DNA of 64,000 bases, from contig NIVC01001061.1 in NCBI GenBank assembly GCA_002269645.1, forward strand, positions 223,627 through 287,626, in the 5' to 3' direction. The position numbers and the translations under genes are program-made. The number at the start of each line of letters is the position of its first letter. The stretch's first letter is position 1. Shown here piece by piece: positions 49,295-60,134 of the stretch. The DNA is from Macrostomum lignano. Lineage: Eukaryota. A model generated the notes under the pieces. That model was not told where the DNA came from. It ran no database searches and was given only the letters and a program-made list of their open reading frames with translations.

Positions 49295-52200
49295 TCATTC
49301 TTCGGTGAAAACTCCGGCGCCTCGTTCGCGTCTGAGCGTCTCGCGTCGACGCTGTGGAGTCCGCAGCGCCACCGCCTGCACCAACTTGAAGGCGGAGGCG
49401 GCCGCGTCCTGAAGGTAACGGGGCCCGTCAGCGCCAGCCGCGGTGGCGCGCAGTTCGACGCCGTCATCCTCGTCGGCGGTGGCATTGGAGCGGCCGGCAG
49501 CTGCGGCAGGCCGGGCGGCCAGGCAGCGGAGCAGCCAGTCCAGCAGGATGCTCGGCACGTTGACCGGCGGCGGCAGCGTGTTGATGACCTCGAACTCCAG
49601 CAGCAGCTGGTAGCGATAGCGCCTCCAGGTCACAAAGCCATTGGCGTCCTTGACTGACACGGTGAGACTGAACTTGGCGATGAGTAGGTTGATGAGCAGC
49701 AGGTTCACCACGATCAGGTAGACGTGCATGAGACCGCCAGTGTACGCCCGGAGGCCATTCGGGTGCGGGCAGCCCTGCGAGTTGTCCTCGCCGTCCAGAC
49801 AGCCAGCCAGGCTGTCGTAGCGCAGCTCGCCGAAGGCCAAGAGCAGCGGGCGAAGATAAATGTCCCAGTAGAGCTGGGTCTGGTTGACCCGGAGCACGCT
49901 GCCGGAGGCGGTGTACAACTGGAAGGTCGGGGGAGGAGAATGTGATTTACAGTCTATGGCAAAACCATACGAAAGGCAGAAAGGCAAAGCCACAGACTAC
50001 CATAGACGAAACTATTGATTTAGTTAAGGGAGACCTTCCGTCAACAACGCATATTCCGTGATTGACTGAAGCCACTGGACACGCATCCCAACGGGGTTTC
50101 ACAAAATTTGTCAACCTACATGTATGTGAGAATTCAAGGGGCCCACCAATTGGGTAATTTCCGGACGAATTTGTCAACCAAAGAAACTACGAGTATAACC
50201 ATTCGATTAACGTCCAGGCCATTTGTGCTGCCACAAGCACCTTTCTTGACGTAAACTGTGCAGTGGACTGGGTCCGTTCATGACTCGAGGATTTTCTGCA
50301 ACAGTGATCTCTACGGCTCTCTTCATGGTGCGGCTTATCATCTTGGAGTTTCTTTCTGATTATCTTTCTCCTCTTCAAGAAGTGTATCAGTTTGGACCAT
50401 AGACAACGTTGAATCTCTCAAAAATGGCGCCTTAAGTTGGGCGCTCAGGAAGCGACACTCAAAAAGAATTCTCATTGATTTTTTAGACCAAACTTGACGC
50501 ACGACGCCCTAAATGCCCTAAATTTGTACAAATTTAGTCTAAATGGATAGATTCATTTCGATAGTCTCGACCACAGATACTATAACCACTGTAAACACTG
50601 TAAACAATATAAACCCTACTGTCTGTAGTCAAACCCCACTGTCTGTAGTCAAACCCCACTGTCTGTAGTCAAACCCCACTGTCTGTAGTCAAACCCCACT
50701 GTCTGTAGTCAAACTCCACTGTCTGTAGTCAAACCCCACTGTCTGTAGTCAAACTCCACTGTCTGTAGTCAAACCCCACTGTCTGTAGTCAAACCCCACT
50801 GTCTGTAGTCAAACCCTACTGTATCTAGTAAAAACCACACTATCTGCAGTAAAACCTCACTGTCTATGGCAAAAACCACACTATCTGCAGTAAAACCTCA
50901 CTGTCTATGGCAAAACCACACAATCCACAGTAATACCTCCACTGTCTAGTAAAACCCCCACTGTCTGTAGTAAAATTCCACTGTCTATAGTGGAAAACTC
51001 CGCTGTCTGCGGTAATACAACCCAAATTTCTGTAGTAGAGCATCGCACCACTGGTCAGAAAATGGCATCCCACCTGATTTCCCGGCGTCAGCAGAGCGTG
51101 AAAGAAGACCCCGCTGCAGACCACTAGAAAGAAGAACATGGCAACAAGGAAAGGCAGCAGATCCGCCCAGAACAGCGCCTTCATCATGTTGATGAACGGG
51201 CCGAATTTTTGATAGGCGCGCAGTTTCAGCACAAATTTCAGGCCGCAGAACATGAACGATACGCCTAGCAGGAGCCTGCAGACGTACAGCAGCTGGCCTG
51301 CATCGGCTGCCCCGGCTACCAAGGCGGTCTTGAAGGCCAGACCCAGCAGGTGGAACAGCAACTGCAGCTGGTCGATGAGGTTCCAGATGTTGAAGTACTG
51401 TTTGCCAGTCCTGAGCAGCTCGTGCAGCTCCTGCAGGCTGTAGCTGATGAAGTAGACAACCATGAGGGAGTCGGTCCACCGCCATCGCGAGTCCAGCTGG
51501 ATGATGTAGAAGGCGTGCAGAGCCATGAAGACCAGCAGGGCGGCGGCGTGCAGCAGGAACTTCTCCCTGGGCGAGGCCAGGTTCGAGCACCGGCGCCCCG
51601 GCGAGCTGGGGTAGGCGCCTCGGCGCCAGCGCCGGTCAACCAGCTCAACGAAGCAGCGCGTGGCAAAGAAGCTCTCCGGCGACTTCTTGGCGAGGCAGGC
51701 GCCGACTCCTGACGGTGGCGGCCGCAGCAGGTGGTGGTGGACGAGCGGCTGGCAGGACGGCGGGCAGGTGGCGTAGATCTGGTCCACGGCGTTCAGGCAG
51801 ACCAGCTCGGCGAAGTCGCGCAGCTCACAGAGACTTTCGGGCGACATGGCGACAACTTGGCGATGCCTGCTGTCATCCTGATGACGAGACTGCGACAGCA
51901 GCGGCGAGGCAGCTGGCGGGAGGCGCTTCAGCTGATTCTCACAGGCGGCCCGGAGGTCCAGGCAGCAGTGCAGAAGGTCTGGACGTGGCAGCAGCAGCAT
52001 CTCGCCAGCCAGCTCCAGGTGGCCGAACGGCACCAGTTCGTCCGGCCGGTGCTCGACCAGGTGCTCCGGACGGAGCTGCCCGAAGCGCAGCAGGTGACGG
52101 ACGAGTTCCGCGCTGCCCGAAGCCACGGCCGCTCTGGCCAGAGCCCGGCTGTCCGATTGCGTCGGCTCGACTCGGAGCAGCAGCGGCCGGAGTCGGGCTG

Positions 52201-52741
52201 GAAGCAACTCGGACGCGTCCGCCTCCAACGCCTGCCGTTCAGCGGCGGACAGCAGCGGCAGGTCGGCGTCGTCCGCCTCGATGGCTTCCGGCAGCAGCCG
52301 GCCGAGCAGCCGCGGGCACCGGCCGCCGGCGATGGCGTCGAGCATCGTGGCCGGGTGGCGCTTGGCCAGACAGCCGGACAGCTGGCGCCACAGCGAGGCA
52401 TCAGCCTGTTCGGGCAGCTCGGCGCTGAGCAGCTGCTCAAGAGCGTCCAGCCGGCCGGCCCTGGCCGCGGCCAGGAGAGCCCAGGTGGCCAGGCTGGGGC
52501 TCTGCACCGCCAGGGAGACCAGCGGCTCCGGCAACTGCTGGCACCGCTCGAGCTCGTCCTCCAGTAGGAGGCGAGCGGCACCGGCGGCCGAGGCTTCAAC
52601 GGCTGCATTCAGAAGTTTGAGACGAGTCGAACCAGCATCAGCAACGTCCAGGAGCTCGGCCAATCTGTCCGGATTGTCCGAACGAACGGCTGCGAGAATT
52701 TCTTCGGGCTTAGCGGAGGTCGCAGCGGCTGAAGACGTCAT
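49295..52741 (-). CDS. TRP cation channel, TRPM-like, about 763 aa as modelled; exons 52741-51074 and 49918-49295
   Basis: Pre-S1 LVDRRW, SPREKF, YFNIWNLID, GPFINMMK, pore LAFGEL, S6 VNLLLINLLIAKF, TRP box TWRRYRY and LPPPVN. A phase-0 GT-AG intron joins the two ORFs. The 5' end is uncertain. Confidence 0.85.
50620..51010. repeat. 20-bp minisatellite (GTCTGTAGTCAAACCCCACT) in the TRP channel intron
   Basis: About 11 clean copies decaying towards the donor site. Confidence 0.9.
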
Positions 52742-53884
52742 GGCTTCCACTCACCTGGGTGATAAAATGCACTTCTATCCAATTTCAAGAATTTCTAAGA
52801 AATTGAATTCGACCAAAGTTCGTGGTGGAATATCTGGACAGTCCTATCTAGTTAATGTATTGTAGTTATAATTGGAATTCAGCCTACAAATGATTAAGTT
52901 ATTCATAATTTTCGAAGTGTTAAAACTACTAAAAGTCACAAAAGGAGACAAACACTCACCTGTACAGTTAATAGCCAGATTAAAACAGGTCGCTAATGCT
53001 TGCAGTTCCCCCTCTATTTTATTGATTTTTTGGGGGGGGACAACGCGGTATGGATTAAAATTGGGGACGCGGTGGGCGATAAGCGGAACCAAAATGAATA
53101 GCCGGGCAGGGGCAGCGCGGGAGGCACGCTTTGTGCCCCGGGGCCGTAGCTGCATGGAGAGTTTATGGATTCCACAAGCGTTTAACTGGGAGGCCTGGCA
53201 CGCCCTTAATCTCCGTTCTTCCTCGCTGTTCCCTGTCTCTCCCTCTCCCTCTCTCTCTCTTCTAATCCTGTCCGCACTGCACGTTTAGCAACTGCATGTG
53301 TGGTTGGTTAGGGGAGAAGCACATTATCCCGCTTTCATCCCAAGCATGTACATAGTGGAGTACATCCAGCTATGTCTGTTTTAAGTTTTCAGTGTGTGAC
53401 AAAATATCGCTGCTCGATCCGAGAAAGCTAGACCCGTCAAAATAGCCTCGTTTTACAAAATTCATCAAATTTTCTTTCATAAATGAATGGACAGTTTCTA
53501 AAATAGTTTACGAACATAAATAGTTTGCAGCATTTTTACTGTTGAGTGACCAGGTGATAAAGTCAATATAGGTAGAATAAGCGCAATGTATATTTAGAGT
53601 TTCTGCACAAAGTTTCAGGAGGGTTGCGGTTTCTGATTTAGGGTTAGGATCGGCAGTGAAGTGTTTGTAGACCTCAGATAGAGAAATGAAAGCTGGGAAT
53701 GGGAAAATGTAAACAGAACCTGACCAAATACAAGCAAAATAATATTGATGATTAGTGAAACGAAATAAATTAAAAGTATTGCTTTATAATTTGGCAGTAT
53801 AGTTGTGAAAAATATTTTTGTGGATGTTTGTGAGTCGGTCGCCACAATTACACAGTCATGCAGACTGGGGAGACTCCAAAACAG

Positions 53885-56800
53885 TCAATTTGAATTGACG
53901 GGCTGCTCAGCTCTGTTGTGCGGGCACTCGCTGCCGAAATGCTGCAACATGTGCAGATAGAAGTACAGCGGCCCCAGCACAGTCTTGCGCAGTCCCCGCT
54001 GCAGCAGCGACTCCAGCAGGCGGCCAGGTGCTGCGGAAATCTCGGTCCAGTAGTAGCACACCAGGCAGCACACCACAAACAGGGCCAGGTGCAGCCCTGC
54101 CGACTGCAGGTAACTTTCCACTGTTGGGGATAAATATCCCATTACAAGTTTTGTATAATATTTGTTGGCAGATTTAGGAGAAAAATTAATCTTTATTTCA
54201 GAATACTAAGATTTAAAAACAGTGTCTAAATACATGCAGCCATGCAGTCTCCTATAGGCGACATGCCGCCAGAGTTGCAATTCATTTTTACAGGCTGCCA
54301 ACCTATAGGGTGCCAACCCCAGCTCCAGTACCGGAGAGCTGTACAGCTGACTGACCTCTCTGCCTCTGCGCCCAGTGCTGCCCAGAAGCTTGCGTACGCG
54401 AATGGGGCAGAAACAGGGCATTAGGCCAGGCACTTTTCTCTCCTGCAGGGAGAGAAGGTCGACTGCGCCCTTGGGGGGGGGGCGTCTTTCCGATGTGACA
54501 TTTCTACACTATTTGTTTGTGCCATGGATGCTTGAGGAGAGAGATGGAGCCAGAGAGAGAGAGAAAAGAGTAAAAAGGAAATGGGAGAAGGAGGTAAAAG
54601 ATTGGGGATTGATATGGGGATAGACAAAGAAATGGATAGAGGGAGATAGAGAGGGGATGTGGAGAGGTGAAGAGAGGATAGAGGTAGAGAGAGTTGAAAG
54701 AGAGGGAGAGATGGAAAGAGAGAGAGAGGGGGAGAGAGAGGGGAGACAGAGATGGGGAGAGTTGAGAGATGGAGAGAGTACTGAGAGAGATGGAGAGAGT
54801 ATTGAGAGAGATAGAGAGAGAGTACTGAGAGAGATGGAGAGAGAGAGTACTGAGAGAGATGGAGAGAGTATTGAGAGAGATGGAGAGAGAGTACTGAGAG
54901 AGATGGAGAGAGTACTGAGAGAGATGGAGAGAGAGTATTGAGAGAGAAAGGGAGAGAGAGTACTGAGAGAGATGGAGAGAGAGTACTGAGAGAGAAAGGG
55001 AGAGAGAGTACTGACAGAGATGGAGAGAGAGTACTGAGAGAGATGGAGAGAGAGTACTGAGAGAGATGGAGAGAGAGTACTGAGAGAGATGGAGAGAGAG
55101 AGAGTACTGAGAGAGATGGAGAGAGTACTGAGAGAGATGGAGAGAGTACTGAGAGAGATGGAGAGAGAGTACCGAGAGAGATGGAGAGAGAGTACTGAGA
55201 GAGATGGAGAGAGAGTACTGAGAGAGATGGGGAGAGAGTACTGAGAGAGATGGAGAGAGAGTACTGAGAGAGATGGAGAGAGAGTACTGAGAGAGATGGA
55301 GAGAGAGAGTACTGAGAGAGATGGAGAGAGTACTGAGAGAGATGGAGAGAGAGTACCGAGAGAGATGGAGAGAGAGTACTGAGAGAGATGGAGAGAGAGT
55401 ACTGAGAGAGATGGAGAGAGAGTATTGAGAGAGATGGGGAGAGAGTACTGAGAGAGATGGAGAGAGAGAGTACTGAGAGAGATGGAGAGAGAGTACTGAG
55501 AGAGATGGAGAGAGAGTACTGAGAGAGATGGAGAGAGAGTACTGAGAGAGATGGAGAGAGAGTACTGAGAGAGATGGAGAGAGAGAGTACTGAGAGAGAT
55601 GGAGAGAGAGTATTGAGAGAGATGGAGAGAGAGAGTACTGAGAGAGATGGAGAGAGAGTACTGAGAGAGATGGAGAGAGAGAGTACTGAGAGAGATGGAG
55701 AGAGAGTACTGAGAGAGATGGAGAGAGAGTACTGAGAGAGATGGAGAGAGAGTACTGAGAGAGATGGAGAGAGAGTACTGAGAGAGATGGAGAGAGAGAG
55801 TACTGAGAGAGATGGAGAGAGAGTACTGAGAGAGATGGAGAGAGAGTACTGAGAGAGATGGAGAGAGAGTACTGAGAGAGATGGAGAGAGAGTATTGAGA
55901 GAGATGGAGAGAGAGAGTACTGAGAGAGATGGAGAGAGAGAGTACTGAGAGAGATGGAGAGAGAGTACTGAGAGAGATGGAGAGAGAGTATTGAGAGAGA
56001 TGGAGAGAGAGTACTGAGAGAGATGGAGAGAGAGTATTGAGAGAGATGGAGAGAGAGTACTGAGAGAGATGGAGAGAGAGTATTGAGAGAGATGGGGAGA
56101 GAGTACTGAGAGAGATGGAGAGAGAGAGTACTGAGAGAGATGGAGAGAGAGTACTGAGAGAGATGGAGAGAGAGTACTGAGAGAGATGGAGAGAGAGAGT
56201 ACTGAGAGAGATGGAGAGAGAGTACTGAGAGAGATGGAGAGAGAGTACTGAGAGAGATGGAGAGAGAGTACTGAGAGAGATGGAGAGAGAGTACTGAGAG
56301 AGATGGAGAGAGAGTACTGAGAGAGATGGAGAGAGAGAGTACTGAGAGAGATGGAGAGAGAGTACTGAGAGAGATGGAGAGAGAGTACTGAGAGAGATGG
56401 AGAGAGAGAGTACTGAGAGAGATGGAGAGAGAGTACTGAGAGAGATGGAGAGAGTATTGAGAGAGATGGAGAGAGAGTACTGAGAGAGATGGAGAGAGAG
56501 TATTGAGAGAGATGGAGAGAGAGTACTGAGAGAGATTGAGGATCGAGTTCATCGATTCAACAACCATCAACATAATTTCTTGAAAAAATCCAAAACATGC
56601 TGCACACACTACTAAAATACTTACCAGTAGACGGTAACTTATTTGTCCAAAAAAGTATATGACATACATATGCATTTTACTATTAACCTGCTACATGTGC
56701 ACCTATATGTACAGAAGTGGTTTATATACTGACGGCAATAAAACCCAGCCTCATAAGTTGAGGTGGAAAGAAATTTGACATTACCATATCATAAAAATGA

Positions 56801-56963
56801 AACAGGTGCTTGCAGTTGGCTGAAGCCTGCGACTGCACCTCCCTACCGTTTGGGGCATTACCGAACTGAAGGCGGAGAGGTAGAGGATCTCCAAAACTGA
56901 CGGGGGAAACAGAGGATTATGCCTAAAAGCATCCCGGGAAAGGGGCAGGAAGCGGCTCCCCAT
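53885..56963 (-). CDS. Possible small membrane protein of about 135 aa; tentative exons 56963-56862, 54442-54356, 54103-53885
   Basis: The last exon has GC3-rich codons, a CTGCAG acceptor and a hydrophobic stretch (LHLALFVVCCLVCYYW). The upstream exons are phase-0 compatible, but no homology was recognised. Confidence 0.3.
54660..56535. repeat. GA-rich 21-27 bp minisatellite (GAGAGAGTACTGAGAGAGATGGA)
   Basis: About 75 copies; source of the spurious 723-aa Ser/Leu ORF. Confidence 0.95.
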
Positions 56964-57129
56964 TCCGGCCCAGCCACCCACGCAAATTCGAAATCGACCA
57001 GAGCAGGCAGGCAGCAGGCTTTTCTTCTACTAGGAGAGAGGAGGGACAGCCCTAAGAAGCGCGCATCAGTGGCTTCATGCGTGGTAAAGGCAGAACTGTA
57101 CGCTGCGGAGTTGCGAACGAAATTGCGGG

Positions 57130-59712
57130 ATTGGATGCACTGAAGGATCAGTGAGGGTATGGGATGCACTGAAGGATCAGTGGGGGTATGGGATGCACTG
57201 AAGGATCAGTGAGGGTATGGGATGCACTCACTGAAGGATCAGTGGGGGGTATGGGATGCACTCACTGAAGGATCAGTGGGGGTATGGGATGCACTCACTG
57301 AAGGATCAGTGGGGGTATGGGATGCACTCACTGAAGGATCAGTGGGGGTATGGGATGCTCTCACTGAAGGATCAGTGGGGGTATGGGATGCTCTCACTGA
57401 AGGATCAGTGGGGGTATTGGATGCTCTCACTGAAGGATCAGTGGGGGTATGGGATGCACTCACTGAAGGATCAGTGGGGGTATTGGATGCTCTCACTGAA
57501 GGATCAGTGGGGGTATGGGATGCTCTCACTGAAGGATCAGTGGGGGTATGGGATGCTCTCACTGAAGGATCAGTGGGGGGTATTGGATGCACTCACTGAA
57601 GGATCAGTGGGGGTATGGGATGCACTCACTGAAGGATCAGTGGGGGTATTGGATGCACTCACTGAAGGATCAGTGGGGGTATTGGATGCACTGAAGGATC
57701 AGTGGGGGTATGGGATGCTCTCACTGAAGGATCAGTGGGGGTATTGGATGCACTCACTGAAGGATCAGTGGGGGTATTGGATGCACTCACTGAAGGATCA
57801 GTGGGGGTATGGGATGCTCTCACTGAAGGATCAGTGGGGGTATGGGATGCAATCACTGAAGGGTCAGTGGGGTATGGGATGCTCTCACTGAAGGATCAGT
57901 GGGGGTATTGGATGCACTCACTGAAGGATCAGTGGGGGTATGGGATGCTCTCACTGAAGGATCAGTGGGGGGTATTGGATGCACTCACTGAAGGATTAGT
58001 GGGGGTATTGGATGCACTGAAGGATCAGTGGGGGTATGGGATGCTCTCACTGAAGGATCAGTGGGGGTATGGGATGCTCTCACTGAAGGATCAGTGGGGT
58101 ATGGGATGCACTCACTGAAGGATCAGTGGGGGTATGGGATGCTCTCACTGAAGGATCAGTGGGGGTATGGGATGCACTCACTGAAGGATCAGTGGGGGTA
58201 TTGGATGCACTCACTGAAGGATCAGTGGGGGTATGGGATGCTCTCACTGAAGGATCAGTGGGGGTATGGGATGCACTCACTGAAGGATCAGTGGGGTATG
58301 GGATGCTCTCACTGAAGGATCAGTGGGGGTATTGGATGCACTCACTGAAGGATCAGTGGGGGTATGGGATGCTCTCACTGAAGGATCAGTGGGGGTATTG
58401 GATGCACTCACTGAAGGATCAGTGGGGGTATGGGATGCTCTCACTGAAGGATCAGTGGGGGTATGGGATGCTCTCACTGAAGGATCAGTGGGGGTATGGG
58501 ATGCACTCACTGAAGGATCAGTGGGGGTATGGGATGCTCTCACTGAAGGATCAGTGGGGGTATGGGATGCACTCACTGAAGGATCAGTGGGGTATTGGAT
58601 GCACTCACTGAAGGATCAGTGGGGTATGGGATGCTCTCACTGAAGGATCAGTGGGGGTATGGGATGCACTCACTGAAGGATCAGTGGGGGTATGGGATGC
58701 TCTCACTGAAGGATCAGTGGGGGTATTGGATGCTCTCACTGAAGGATCAGTGGGGGTATGGGATGCTCTCACTGAAGGATCAGTGGGGGTATGGGATGCA
58801 CTCACTGAAGGATCAGTGGGGGTATGGGATGCTCTCACTGAAGGATCAGTGGGGGTATGGGATGCAATCACTGAAGGGTCAGTGGGGGTATGGGATGCTC
58901 TCACTGAAGGATCAGTGAGGGTATTGGATGCTCTCACTGAAGGATCAGTGGGGGTATGAGATGCACTCACTGAAGGATCAGTGGGGGTATGGGATGCTCT
59001 CACTGAAGGATCAGTGGGGGTATGGGATGCACTCACTGAAGGATCAGTGGGGGGTATGGGATGCACTCACTGAAGGATCAGTGGGGGTATTGGATGCACT
59101 CACTGAAGGATCAGTGGGGGTATGGGATGCTCTCACTGAAGGATCAGTGGGGGTATGGGATGCTCTCACTGAAGGATCAGTGGGGTATGGGATGCTCTCA
59201 CTGAAGGATCAGTGGGGGTATGGGATGCTCTCACTGAAGGATCAGTGGGGGTACGGGATGCTCTCACTGAAGGATCAGTGGGGGTATTGGATGCACTCAC
59301 TGAAGGATCAGTGGGGGGTATGGGATGCACTCACTGAAGGATCAGTGGGGGTATGGGATGCTCTCACTGAAGGATCAGTGGGGGTATGGGATGCACTCAC
59401 TGAAGGATCAGTGGGGGGTATGGGATGCTCTCACTGAAGGATCAGTGGGGGTATGGGATGCACTCACTGAAGGATCAGTGGGGGGTATGGGATGCTCTCA
59501 CTGAAGGATCAGTGGGGGTATGGGATGCACTCACTGAAGGATCAGTGGGGGGTATGGGATGTACTCACTGAAGGATCAGTGGGGGTATGGGATGCACTCA
59601 CTGAAGGATCAGTGGGGGGTATGGGATGCACTCACTGAAGGATCAGTGGGGGTATGGGATGCACTCACTGAAGGATCAGTGGGGGTATGGGATGCACTCA
59701 CTGAAGGATCAT
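57130..59712. repeat. 33-bp minisatellite (CACTGAAGGATCAGTGGGGGTATGGGATGCACT), about 78 copies
   Basis: Direct observation. Confidence 0.95.
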
Positions 59713-60134
59713 GAAACCCCAATTAAATAAACAAAGCTGATGAAAAACTGCTCGTCACAAATGAAAATCAGCAATTCAAAACAAGAAGCAGGCTAACAAA
59801 AATAAGCCAGAAAAGACGTAGAAAGTTATTGATTTGCTTTTATAGCAGAGCATAGTAGAACGCCGGCGTATTCAAAGAATGCTCTAGAAGCAAGCACTGC
59901 GGTTGAGGCCAGAAAGCAGTTCTTTCTGGTGCGTTTCGGCTGACGTATCGATATAAAGACCAAACGGAAATGGACGAAGAAGCGAAAATCCGCTAGACAA
60001 CTATTTATTTTTAATAAATAATATTGCACTAATATTAATATTAAATGTATTGCTGCTAAAACTAAGCAGGCAGAGGGTATTTTATCCATCCAGAGGACCT
60101 CAGGTTCAGCAGATGCCGCACAGTCTTGATACTT

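Noticed and set aside
50985-52865. Multiple overlapping 110-280 aa ORFs
   Set aside because: Shadow frames of the GC-rich TRP exon.
54504-56675. 723-aa Ser/Leu-rich ORF
   Set aside because: It is a translation of the GA-rich minisatellite; any stop-free repeat unit gives such an ORF.
21453-59712. Tandem arrays as CRISPR loci
   Set aside because: Units are head-to-tail with no unique spacers, there are no cas genes, and the context is eukaryotic.
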